Source of the DNA: Acholeplasma sp.
GTDB taxonomy: Bacteria; Bacillota_I; Bacilli_A; Acholeplasmatales; UBA5453
Length of the DNA: 45,437 nt
NCBI GenBank assembly: GCA_036677365.1
Contig: JAVBWN010000008.1
Span: 1 to 45,437, forward strand
Direction: 5' to 3'
A program made the position numbers and the translations under genes. Shown here in pieces: positions 9,810 through 19,036 of this stretch (its first letter is position 1; each line of letters begins with the position of its first letter). Below the pieces are notes generated by a model. That model was not told the DNA's origin. It did not search any database and saw only the letters and a list, made by a program, of their open reading frames with translations.

Positions 9810-10529
9810 TTATAGACGCATGCCACCATTGACATTGATGGTTTGTCCAGTGATATACGATGAGTCATCGCTGGCTAAGAATAATGCCACTTTAGCGATT
9901 TCTTCTGGTTGTCCGAGACGACCCAACATGGTCAATTTAGCAAATCCATCGAGCAATTCTTGTGGTACTGTTTTTAAAATATCGGTCATGACATACCCTG
10001 GGGCAATCGCATTGACACGGACATTCGCACCTTTTCTCGCAAATTCTTTCGCCCAAGTCATGGTTAAACCCAAGACCCCAGCTTTGGTGGCTGCATAATT
10101 GGCTTGTCCAATGTTACCAAATACACCCACTACAGATGAAATGTTGATGATCGAACCTTTGCCTTGGTTTTCCATTTGTGGACCAACATGGCGGGTTAAG
10201 TTAAATACACCTTTTAGGTTTACGTTGATGACCGCATCCCATTGTTCATCGGTCATTTTGCGTGTCATAGCATCTTTCGTAATACCTGCATTGTTGACCA
10301 AAATATCGATGTGCCCAAACTCAGCCAAAACTTCATCGAAGAAAACTTTGCAACCTTGGGAGTCTGTGACGTTTAATTTCTTGTAAACTACATTTTCGCA
10401 TGCATAGGTCATTTCACCCATGTCTGCAGCGATGACTTTCGCACCTTCTTGTGCAAAAGCTTTCGCAATTTCCATACCAATACCTTTAGCACCACCAGTA
10501 ATGATGGCAACTTGTCCTTGTAATTTCAT
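9810..10529 (-). CDS. fabG: SDR 3-oxoacyl reductase / acetoacetyl-CoA reductase (FabG/PhaB-like)
   Basis: TGGAKGIG, NNAGIT, SSVVG..GN.GQANYAATK and NGG. Confidence 0.88.
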   Translation of the reverse strand: MKLQGQVAIITGGAKGIGMEIAKAFAQEGAKVIAADMGEMTYACENVVYKKLNVTDSQGCKVFFDEVLAEFGHIDILVNNAGITKDAMTRKMTDEQWDAVINVNLKGVFNLTRHVGPQMENQGKGSIINISSVVGVFGNIGQANYAATKAGVLGLTMTWAKEFARKGANVRVNAIAPGYVMTDILKTVPQELLDGFAKLTMLGRLGQPEEIAKVALFLASDDSSYITGQTINVNGGMRL

Positions 10530-10541
10530 AAAAATCTCCTT

Positions 10542-11750
10542 CTATCGTTTGACGATGATGGCAGTACCCATACCGCCACCGATGCATAGGCTGGCTAAGC
10601 CCAGATGCTTATCTTGTTTTTTGAGTTCATGTAACAGTGTAACGATGATTCTATTGCCAGAGACACCCACTGGGTGACCTAAGGCAATCGCACCACCATT
10701 GACATTGGTTTTGCTTAACAAGTCTTGTTTAGATACACCATGTGCTTCAGCAAGTTCATTAACGACACCTAAACTTTGAGCTGCAAATGCTTCATTGAGT
10801 TCAACGAGTTCCATGTCTGATAATTGTAAGTTTGCTCTATGCAATACATCTTTAACGGCTGGTACTGGACCTAAGCCCATGACATTCGGGTCAACCCCAC
10901 CTTGTCCGACAGCAACGATTTCACCCAATACTGGTAAGTGATATTGTTTTACCATCGCCTCAGAAGCAAGAATTAAGAAACTTGCGCCATCATTGATACC
11001 AGATGAACTGCCTGCTGTGACTAAACCATCGTTTTTAAACGCAGGTCTTAGTTTCGCCATCTTTTCAGCATTCGTGCCACGATTTGGGTATTCGTCTTGT
11101 GCGAATACGATGGTTTCTTTTTTGGTTTTAATTTCAATTGGTACGATTTCATCCGCGAAACGACCACTGTCGACCGCGTTGATTGCCTTTTGTTGTGATC
11201 CTAATGCGAAAGCATCCATTTCTTCTCGACTGAGTTGGTGTTTAACTGCGATGTTTTCAGCGGTGATGCCCATGTGCATACCTGGAATGAATGAATCATG
11301 TAAAGCGTCTTGTAAAATGGTATCTTTCATTTCGATTGCGCCCATTTTAACGCCATCTCTCATCTTGGATGTGACAATGTAAGGTGCCCCACTCATGGAT
11401 TCTACCCCACCCGCAACAACCAAATTTGAAAATCCTGCTTGAATGCTCACATAAGCGTTCATCACGGATTTCATGCCGCTACCACATACCATATTTAAGG
11501 TATAGGCTGGAATTTCATTGGATAAACCTGATTTGATTGAGATTTGTCTTGCGATGTTTTGTCCAAGACCTGCTTGGATGACATTGCCCACAATCACTTC
11601 ATCAATCTTGTCTTTAGGGACTTGGGTATCCGCTAAAAGTTGCTTCAATACTTGTATCCCAAGTTCGACTGGATGAAGGTCTTTAAGCGTGCCTAAGAAT
11701 GCGCCAATCGGGCTTCTTTTCGCACCAACAATAAATACTTTTTGATTCAT
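10542..11750 (-). CDS. Acetyl-CoA C-acetyltransferase (thiolase)
   Basis: NMVCGSG, GGVESMS, NEAFAAQ, GGAIALGHP and CIGGGMG. Confidence 0.95.
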   Translation of the reverse strand: MNQKVFIVGAKRSPIGAFLGTLKDLHPVELGIQVLKQLLADTQVPKDKIDEVIVGNVIQAGLGQNIARQISIKSGLSNEIPAYTLNMVCGSGMKSVMNAYVSIQAGFSNLVVAGGVESMSGAPYIVTSKMRDGVKMGAIEMKDTILQDALHDSFIPGMHMGITAENIAVKHQLSREEMDAFALGSQQKAINAVDSGRFADEIVPIEIKTKKETIVFAQDEYPNRGTNAEKMAKLRPAFKNDGLVTAGSSSGINDGASFLILASEAMVKQYHLPVLGEIVAVGQGGVDPNVMGLGPVPAVKDVLHRANLQLSDMELVELNEAFAAQSLGVVNELAEAHGVSKQDLLSKTNVNGGAIALGHPVGVSGNRIIVTLLHELKKQDKHLGLASLCIGGGMGTAIIVKR

Positions 11751-11790
11751 AGTTTCCTCCTTGATGTATCTTAAAATTTATTTAATCGAT

Positions 11791-11975
11791 TGAATCGTTG
11801 TTCATGGTTTTATCAAAAAACTACGTGAATAAAAATTCATATCACACCTTCATTCTACGTGATATGAAATGTGTTGTCAAGCGCTTACATAAAAATAATT
11901 ATTCACCCTTACAGATGAATTCTAATTCACCCAACCATTGACCTGAATTCTCTGAAATCATGAAATGTAATTTCA
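11791..11975. promoter_or_regulatory. Repeated palindromic candidate TetR operators (TGAA-N6/7-TTCA)
   Basis: N6 sites at 11791-11804, 11826-11839 and 11916-11929; an N7 site at 11961-11975. All lie between the divergent thiolase and tetR genes. Confidence 0.6.
11852..11880 (-). promoter_or_regulatory. Sigma-A-type promoter of the thiolase operon
   Basis: Minus strand TTGACA-N17-TAGAAT. Confidence 0.8.
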
Positions 11976-12056
11976 TAAAGCATATAAGGGCTTGATGGTG
12001 GTCTTAACGTTGATATTAAAAATTCACAATATGAAAAAAAGCATCATAAAAAACGC

Positions 12057-12085
12057 TTGTATTTTGAAGCTTGGTGCTATACAAT
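12057..12085 (+). promoter_or_regulatory. Sigma-A-type promoter of tetR
   Basis: TTGTAT-N17-TACAAT. Confidence 0.65.
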
Positions 12086-12101
12086 GAAATCGGTGATTAC
12101 T

Positions 12102-12710
12102 ATGAACAAAGAATCGTATCGTTATCCAAAGACCACCTCAGGCATTAAAACATTCAATAAAATTGTATCTACAGGCAAAAAGCTATTTGCGAAAAATGGT
12201 TATCAATCGACTTCCATCAATGATATCATCGCTAAATCCAAAATTGCCGCAGGTACTTTTTATATTTACTTTGACAGTAAATTGGCTTTATATCTATATA
12301 TTCTCGACTTGTATCGCGTTTCTATCCGAAAAGCCAGTGCCGATGCAACCAAGGGTTTAACACATCGATATGACATCGAACGTGCAGGGATCAAAGCCTT
12401 CATTTCCTATGCATTAAAAGACCCACTTGCCTATCGAATCATATGGGAATCCCTGTTTGTTGACTTTGAAATATTCAAGAACTACTATGAAAGCTTCGCA
12501 GAATCCTATATCAAGCATTTGAAAGAATACGTTGATAAAAAGGAAATCAGAGCAGATTTGGACTTAGAAACCCTATCTTATACACTCATGGGTATATCCA
12601 ATTTCGTAGGGTTACAAATCATATTTAAGAAAGATGTTCAACCCGCTGAAATCGATCGAGTCATCGATGAAGCTATGAGTATTTTAGACCGTGGCATTTT
12701 CGTAAAATAA
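12102..12710 (+). CDS. TetR/AcrR family transcriptional regulator
   Basis: LFAKNGYQSTSINDI...AGTFYIYFDSK HTH. Start placed at ATG 12102 after GGTGA and downstream of the predicted promoter. Confidence 0.9.
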   Translation: MNKESYRYPKTTSGIKTFNKIVSTGKKLFAKNGYQSTSINDIIAKSKIAAGTFYIYFDSKLALYLYILDLYRVSIRKASADATKGLTHRYDIERAGIKAFISYALKDPLAYRIIWESLFVDFEIFKNYYESFAESYIKHLKEYVDKKEIRADLDLETLSYTLMGISNFVGLQIIFKKDVQPAEIDRVIDEAMSILDRGIFVK

Positions 12711-12771
12711 TTGTGACAATATGAGATATTATTCATTATAATTAACTACCAATTTTTACATAAATTTATTC

Positions 12772-12807
12772 AAAAAATACCGCCATCAACTGGCGGTATT
12801 ATTTTTG
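12772..12807. terminator. Bidirectional terminator between convergent tetR and sipW
   Basis: AATACCGCCA-tcaac-TGGCGGTATT flanked by A and T runs. Confidence 0.7.
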
Positions 12808-13451
12808 TCTTTGTCAGCCTCTCTGCGGGCTTTCATCTCTGCTTCAAGTTCGAGTCTTAAGCGTTCTTTCTCCGCTTTGATCCAAATCTCTTTTTCAGTT
12901 TCATGTTTCAATAACATTTTTTCTTCTTGAGCGGCTCTTACCATCTTTAAGAAATTGATGAGTTCATGCATCAAGATGAAGAGTAATAAAACGATGATTA
13001 CGAGGAACACAACATTTTTATAGTTCAAGGTAATGTTCCCTACATCCAACAACATAAAATGAGAAACGACAATACCAATAAAATTTTCTTCAGTGACAAA
13101 ACCAGCATCAACAGATGGGTTATTATCACCTTTCGTGATTAATCCCTCACTCGTTGCTTCGATTGCCCTATGAACGATATTTTTATCGGTTCGAAAAGCG
13201 ATGATGGGTTCTTCACCTTCCAAGACACTTTCATAAACGGAATCATAGGAAACGTAACGAATGATGATAAATTCACCCGTCATGATGGTGGGTTCCATTG
13301 ACCCTGACCCAACCACCGAATAGGTGTGGTTGAATATCTTTAAATATCTGTTTTCTTGTAATGCCAATGTCCCTAGTAATAATAAAAGGATGGATGCCAA
13401 GAAGAAAAATACTGTGAATACCGTCATCGATATTTTTATGATTTTTTTCAT
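12786..13451 (-). CDS. sipW: Signal peptidase I, SipW/archaeal S26B type (second copy)
   Basis: N-terminal TM, SGSMEP (Ser), IVHR (His), TKGDNN, C-terminal TM and a charged tail. Confidence 0.9.
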   Translation of the reverse strand: MKKIIKISMTVFTVFFFLASILLLLLGTLALQENRYLKIFNHTYSVVGSGSMEPTIMTGEFIIIRYVSYDSVYESVLEGEEPIIAFRTDKNIVHRAIEATSEGLITKGDNNPSVDAGFVTEENFIGIVVSHFMLLDVGNITLNYKNVVFLVIIVLLLFILMHELINFLKMVRAAQEEKMLLKHETEKEIWIKAEKERLRLELEAEMKARREADKDKNNTAS

Positions 13452-13470
13452 CTAGATCCCCCCTTTTATT

Positions 13471-15516
13471 TTATTCGGATTCATTGTCACCTACAGGTGT
13501 TTTGGTCTCTTTTGGTAGGCCATCTTTTTTGAGTTTTTCGATGTCTTTTTCAGACTGTTTTTGAATATCTAGCAAGGCTTTTTCTTGACGTTTAGCCATC
13601 GTAAGTTTGAGTTTTTCAAACTCTTTCAATAGTTTTTCTTGTTCTTTTTGACGTTGAAGTTTAAGTTTCTTCATCATTCGATCGTGTTCAATCTTGGCTT
13701 TCTTACGCAAGTTTTGAACTACCAAACGATACTCAGCCTTGGCTTTCTTTTGAGCTTCGGTAATTGCCAATTTTTCTTCTCTTTCAAGTTTCTTAATTTG
13801 TTTAGCCTGTTCTTTTTCAATGGCTTCACGTTCTGCTTGAAAGTGTTTATCCAGTGTAGCAATCTTTTGATCCAATTGGCTTTGTAAGGTTTGTTTTAAG
13901 TTATTAATGAGTGCATTATTTTCTTCAATTGCCTTTTGAGTCTCTGAAGTGATATTTTCATCGACTTGTTTCTTTTCATTGGTTAAAGCTTCACGGTTTT
14001 GGTTGACCAGTTCTAAATTATCCGCCAACATTTGTGCTTCTTTAGCCGCGATGTCTTTTTGTTCTTTTAAGGCCGCATCAATCTTAATGCGTTCAGCTTC
14101 ATCTTCGGTCTTCTTACGGTTCATCAAGATGAGGCGTTGATTCGCCGCTTCAATGTCTTTCATCAATTTGCGTTCTAAACGAATGGCATTATTGTAGTCG
14201 ACTTCTTTGGTTTCACGAATGATTCTCGCAATTTTGGCTTTTTCTTTCGAAACTTCTAGATTTTTCTCAACGTCATCGTCTTTGACCATGCGAGCAAAGT
14301 AATCATCATTTTCTTCGAGTTCGAAATGGTGTTTAAATATGGCATTTGATATTGAGATGGTATCACGTAATGCACGTTTTAACCCAACTTCATAGGTAGA
14401 GCTGCGTTCAACCTCTTCATCCACACGTTTTTTAAATATCTTGATATTTTCTTGTAAGAAGTATTGGTTGATACGTTCATCTTCAACCACGATGGGCTCT
14501 GGCGTATCGACAATATCATTGACATGAATATTGGCAATCTTAAATGCCTTTTTGATGATTTCTTTTTCGACAATTTCATCGTAAGATGGCTTTCTAACCC
14601 CTTGGTTAAAAGCAACCATCGTGAATGTATTGAGTGCTAAGCGTTCAACCGCATCTTGATAAGACCGGTCGAATGTTAAGTCTTTTTCTTTCACTGTAAC
14701 ATCGTATGCCAACGTATTATATCTGTCCAAGAATAGCCATAAGACATAACAATTTCTAAAATCAACGTTCTTTAAAATGACGTTGGTTTGCATGATTGGT
14801 GGCAATACTTTCTTTTCACCAGCCATGATGGTCATGAATGGTGAATTTCGAATCGAGGTTACACGTTTAGATAAGTATTCAACACGTTCCAGAATACCTT
14901 TGTTGTATATATTGATGGATTTATCTTCTAAGTCTTCCTTGAACACAACATCGAGGTTTAAATCGACTTCAAGGTCACTGATGTGAAAGGTTGACGTGTA
15001 GTTAAAATGTTTCTTTTGATACGAAATGATGTTATCCTTGATCAATTCATGACGGCTTCTGACGAAGTTAAAAAGCCGTTCTATGAGGGTCATCACAAAT
15101 CGGTTTTCATACGTACCATAGTCGATGTCGGTTTCAGTCGTCATAATCTTCTTCGGCATGACAACTTCATCACGAATTTCTCGGATAAAATGGGTATGCG
15201 AAGCCAAATGACGAATCGAGTTACTACGAATCTTTTTGGCTTTTTCGATTGGTACAATTTCTTCTAAGTATTTTAAACCCGATTTCGGGTTCAATATGAT
15301 TTTTTCAATGCTTGGAAAATACGATTCGATGGTCTTAATCCACGTTTCATCAAACGTCTTGGTTTCAGACATACTCTTTTGATATAGTGTGTTTTTTCCC
15401 GCCATCAAAGCGCTATAAAAAGTCTTTGGAAAAGTATGGGACTTTTCCAAATCTTTGAATGTTTGATCGTATGAATAATAGAACTGACTTAATTTGTCGG
15501 TTTGTCTTTTTTTCAT
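13471..15516 (-). CDS. DUF2357 / McrC N-terminal-like protein with a long C-terminal charged coiled coil
   Basis: YGTYENRFV motif and a KNVDFRNCYVLW segment. Roughly the last 280 aa are K/E/Q-rich and helical. No PD-(D/E)xK motif is visible. Adjacent to an McrB-like gene. Confidence 0.75.
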   Translation of the reverse strand: MKKRQTDKLSQFYYSYDQTFKDLEKSHTFPKTFYSALMAGKNTLYQKSMSETKTFDETWIKTIESYFPSIEKIILNPKSGLKYLEEIVPIEKAKKIRSNSIRHLASHTHFIREIRDEVVMPKKIMTTETDIDYGTYENRFVMTLIERLFNFVRSRHELIKDNIISYQKKHFNYTSTFHISDLEVDLNLDVVFKEDLEDKSINIYNKGILERVEYLSKRVTSIRNSPFMTIMAGEKKVLPPIMQTNVILKNVDFRNCYVLWLFLDRYNTLAYDVTVKEKDLTFDRSYQDAVERLALNTFTMVAFNQGVRKPSYDEIVEKEIIKKAFKIANIHVNDIVDTPEPIVVEDERINQYFLQENIKIFKKRVDEEVERSSTYEVGLKRALRDTISISNAIFKHHFELEENDDYFARMVKDDDVEKNLEVSKEKAKIARIIRETKEVDYNNAIRLERKLMKDIEAANQRLILMNRKKTEDEAERIKIDAALKEQKDIAAKEAQMLADNLELVNQNREALTNEKKQVDENITSETQKAIEENNALINNLKQTLQSQLDQKIATLDKHFQAEREAIEKEQAKQIKKLEREEKLAITEAQKKAKAEYRLVVQNLRKKAKIEHDRMMKKLKLQRQKEQEKLLKEFEKLKLTMAKRQEKALLDIQKQSEKDIEKLKKDGLPKETKTPVGDNESE

Positions 15517-15528
15517 TTAAAAACTCAC

Positions 15529-17067
15529 CTAGTTCATCTTCTTAAGATCTGTTAGGAATCCGATACATTCTTTGAACACGTTCTTACCGAACAACTTATC
15601 GAGCAATACGATCAGTTCGCTCAGTTCATCTTGTAAGAATGGTAAGTTCAAGACTTCGAACTTTCTTAAGATCTTTCTCGCAACCATATAATCGAGTGCT
15701 TCGTATTCTGAACCACCACAACCGACATAAATCGGTGTGAACAGTTTAATTTGTTTCATGATACGGTTACCAAAGGTGATTTTGAATTTTTGTGCGATAA
15801 AATCATCGAGTTTACCTAAGTTATCGAGTGCTTTTGGAGAAATTGGGTGTGCTTTCCATGAAGCATCAAACAAGGTCTTTAAGTATTCATAGCTCATGGT
15901 GACGCCTTCTGTGTAAGGGGCATCCACAAATTCAGCTTTTGTATTCATAATAATGGAGGATGCACGGTCATAAACTTTATCGGTAATCGTGAATGTGGAG
16001 TCATCCTTGTTCGCTGTACCGACGAACCATACATTTTGAGGGACTAAAATCTTGCCATCCATGAAGTGCTTAGGGTCGGTCGGTTGACGGTCAGAGACCA
16101 CGTCAATCTTCCATTCGGCTTCGTTAGGCATTTCCATGATGGATAGGAATTCTGCGAAATAATACTCAATACGGGCTAAGTTTAATTCGTCTAGGACGAT
16201 GAAGTTTAAATCTTCACGATACGTGGTTTCGTAGAGTTCTTTTAAGAAGTCAGTTTCATTAAACTTCTTGGTAAATTCGTTTAAATAACCGATCATTTCG
16301 GCTCTATCACGCCAAGAAGGTTGGACGGAAATAATCGCGGAATCGTGTCCGAAAAATTTGCCCATCGCATAAGGTAAACTGGTTTTACCGGTACCGGAAA
16401 TACCTTCTAAGATTAAGATCTTAGAGGATGCCATACCAGCAAAGAATGTGCGTATGATCTTTTCATTGTAATATAAGTTAAGTCTGGATGCTGAGAAGTT
16501 TATAAAGCGGTTGACGAGTTCTGGTAGTCCTATGGTGTCTTCTGGTGTCATCTGAATCGATGTGATGACATTTCGATAGGCTTCATCCACTTGTGTTAAT
16601 TTAGCAAATCTGGTTGGTCCAATGGCTTGTGGTGCATTCTTATCTGGTTTTTCTTGTTCTTTACCAGGTAATGACGAGGATGCTGAGGCACCTCCAAGTT
16701 TCAACATTAAAATCTTATTTTTTTCATCGGCAAGTTCAACGGTTTTTTGTGTTAATAAAGCGACTTCCTCAAGTAATTCATCTTTATCCATTTCAGTTTT
16801 AACAAAACGGATGTATACACGAAGTAACTGATAAATTTTGAGTGTAAAGAAAACGATAAAAACCATGTTGATCCCAAGGACCAATATGGCGATTAGCCAG
16901 TCTAAGAAATCAAATAATGTACTGGCTTGTACTAATTTATCAAAATATCCAGCAACGTCATTAATAAATAAATCGGCAAATGCACCAATGATCGCATTGA
17001 AAAATTTGCCGATATTTACGAAAAATTCTCTAATGAAGTCGATGTAATAACGAGCAAAATTAATCAT
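15529..17067 (-). CDS. McrB-like AAA+ NTPase with N-terminal membrane anchor
   Basis: Walker A GISGTGKT, Walker B IVLDELNLARIEYYFAEFLS, McrB NxxD signature GTANKDD, and DKVYDRA. Hydrophobic WLIAILVLGINMVFIVFFTL is followed by a coiled coil. Confidence 0.85.
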   Translation of the reverse strand: MINFARYYIDFIREFFVNIGKFFNAIIGAFADLFINDVAGYFDKLVQASTLFDFLDWLIAILVLGINMVFIVFFTLKIYQLLRVYIRFVKTEMDKDELLEEVALLTQKTVELADEKNKILMLKLGGASASSSLPGKEQEKPDKNAPQAIGPTRFAKLTQVDEAYRNVITSIQMTPEDTIGLPELVNRFINFSASRLNLYYNEKIIRTFFAGMASSKILILEGISGTGKTSLPYAMGKFFGHDSAIISVQPSWRDRAEMIGYLNEFTKKFNETDFLKELYETTYREDLNFIVLDELNLARIEYYFAEFLSIMEMPNEAEWKIDVVSDRQPTDPKHFMDGKILVPQNVWFVGTANKDDSTFTITDKVYDRASSIIMNTKAEFVDAPYTEGVTMSYEYLKTLFDASWKAHPISPKALDNLGKLDDFIAQKFKITFGNRIMKQIKLFTPIYVGCGGSEYEALDYMVARKILRKFEVLNLPFLQDELSELIVLLDKLFGKNVFKECIGFLTDLKKMN

Positions 17068-17094
17068 CGTTTTACCTCACAACCAGAAGAAATA

Positions 17095-17805
17095 CTATTT
17101 GTTGGATTCTTCCTTCTTAAGTTCTTCTAATAATTCTTTACGAATTCTTTCTTTTTCAGCTTCAAGTAGTTGTTCTTTATCAACTGCGTGTTTAGCTTCA
17201 ATCTTTTCTTTGTTAACTGCGAGTAATGTCTTAGTTAAGACATATCCTTGATATGCTAATAATAATACGACAGGTGCAATTACGAAGATTGCAAAACCTG
17301 TTGGAGTTTGTAGATAAGATACTGCACTACCGACACCACCAACATGTCCTGTATGAATGGCTTTAATATTGTCATAGGTTACGATTTCATATTGAACGCC
17401 TGTATTATCTCCACCTATAACATATGGTGCAGATGCAGCAGCTTTATCCCCTTGGGTTACGATATAACTCGGTGTTATATGTACAACTCTGTGGGTATTT
17501 AATGCAACAAGGTTTAAATCATAAAAAGTGACAATATCTCCAACTTTTAAGTTGTCTTTGTCGTTATCACTCAATAATCTAACGAATACAAGTGAGCCTT
17601 TATCAAAAGAGTCTGCTTTAGTACCTTCCATTGAGTCAGAAATAACTGGCAAGAATCCACGTCCGAAGACATTTGCAATGTCTTTATTGGATTTTACACT
17701 AAGATTCGAAATAGAAAATAACAATAATAAAACAATCAATGAATAAAACAATATGTTACCACCGATTTTTAATGCTTTTATAATATTAACTTTAGATTGA
17801 CTCAC
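17095..17805 (-). CDS. sipW: Signal peptidase I, SipW/S26B type (first copy)
   Basis: SDSMEG, NTHRV, TQGD, two TM segments and a charged tail. GTG 17805 is preferred because ATG 17814 abuts the AGGAG. Confidence 0.85.
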   Translation of the reverse strand: MSQSKVNIIKALKIGGNILFYSLIVLLLLFSISNLSVKSNKDIANVFGRGFLPVISDSMEGTKADSFDKGSLVFVRLLSDNDKDNLKVGDIVTFYDLNLVALNTHRVVHITPSYIVTQGDKAAASAPYVIGGDNTGVQYEIVTYDNIKAIHTGHVGGVGSAVSYLQTPTGFAIFVIAPVVLLLAYQGYVLTKTLLAVNKEKIEAKHAVDKEQLLEAEKERIRKELLEELKKEESNK

Positions 17806-17911
17806 TAGACACATCTCCTTTTAGACAACGTTTTCACTAATACAATTATATTATATTATTTGTCGAAAATCTAGTATCAATGAGATTATCTTAAAATATG
17901 AGATATTAAAG

Positions 17912-17944
17912 ATAAGGTTTGCATGGTGTCATGCAAACCTTATT
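17912..17944 (-). terminator. Hairpin/terminator after the putative major subunit gene
   Basis: ATAAGGTTTGCATG-gtgt-CATGCAAACCTTAT perfect inverted repeat. Confidence 0.8.
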
Positions 17945-17955
17945 AATTAATGAGA

Positions 17956-18960
17956 TTAGATGTTATTTGCTGTAAAACCTAATTGAACAGTTAAGTATGA
18001 ACTAAAGATTGCGTCAAATGTGTCAGCATCAAAACCTTCAATCCAAACTCTAACAACCACGTTTCCAGTATAACTGCTACCTGAACCTGTGAGTGTAGCA
18101 ACTACTTGTGCGCTTGAGTTAATATCAGTAGTTCCAGCAATAGTTGGTAACACTGTACCATAGGTTGTATTTTTACCGGCTTGAATACCGTATGCTGCTG
18201 CACCATATGCTGCTGTACCTGGAGCATAAACATCAGGAGTTCCACCATCATTATCGTGGTCAATCAATGTTAAATCATAAGAAGCAACTCCAGTTGTTGA
18301 GTTATAAATTTGTGGTGTACCGCTTGATAAACCTGAAGGAGCTTGATATGTATAGGTGCTTGAACCTTGAATGGAAACTCTAGCACCAGTCCAAGCAGCC
18401 ACATTTTTAACTTCATTTAAAACCCAATCAGTTGAATTATCAGAAGCTTTAAATGTTGGAACGTTAACTGTCCATGGTTGACTATCTCCGGATAATGTTG
18501 CTGAACTCCAAACAATTTCTTTAGCTGCAGAAGATCTAAAATATAATGTAAATTCAATGAATCTTGCGGATTTGCTATATGATTGAGTAACTAATGATTC
18601 ATTTCTAATTACAGAACCGTTAGCTGAGGTTAGATTGTCAAATCTAAAGTTTGTATACATTTTGCTTATGTAATCCTGTATTACTGATGTAGGCAGTACG
18701 GTATACCAAATTGTATTGGAATCTACAGTTGGAACATAGAAGTCATCGGATGTCCCAAGAATTGTATCCACACCTGCATTTTGAACTAAAGTGCCTAATG
18801 TGATTTCGATACCTTCCCCTGCAGTGACTTGTGCTTCAAATGCACTGATTGAAGCTTTATTTGTTAATGTGAACCATGCGAATGTCGATGTACCAAGTGC
18901 GATTACGACTAGTGCCATCGTTACTACTGATAAAACTAATTTTTGAGTTAATTTTCTCAT
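17956..18960 (-). CDS. Secreted protein with SipW-type signal peptide (TasA/CalY-like, putative major filament subunit)
   Basis: MRKL..K + hydrophobic stretch + GTSTFA|WFT; S/T/G-rich beta content; C-terminal VRVWIEGFDADTFDAI...LTVQLGFTA. Confidence 0.7.
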   Translation of the reverse strand: MRKLTQKLVLSVVTMALVVIALGTSTFAWFTLTNKASISAFEAQVTAGEGIEITLGTLVQNAGVDTILGTSDDFYVPTVDSNTIWYTVLPTSVIQDYISKMYTNFRFDNLTSANGSVIRNESLVTQSYSKSARFIEFTLYFRSSAAKEIVWSSATLSGDSQPWTVNVPTFKASDNSTDWVLNEVKNVAAWTGARVSIQGSSTYTYQAPSGLSSGTPQIYNSTTGVASYDLTLIDHDNDGGTPDVYAPGTAAYGAAAYGIQAGKNTTYGTVLPTIAGTTDINSSAQVVATLTGSGSSYTGNVVVRVWIEGFDADTFDAIFSSYLTVQLGFTANNI

Positions 18961-19036
18961 TTTGCTTTTCCCCTTTTTCCTTTGTTTTTTATGTCTTTTT
19001 TATTTCATATCAATTACGATTGTAACCGATTTGTTG

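Noticed and set aside
13471..17067. Calling the pair a standard McrBC or coiled-coil nuclease tandem defence system
   Set aside because: No nuclease motif, DNA-reader domain, helicase or other defence gene is visible, and the context is secretion-related. It is kept only as an alternative hypothesis.
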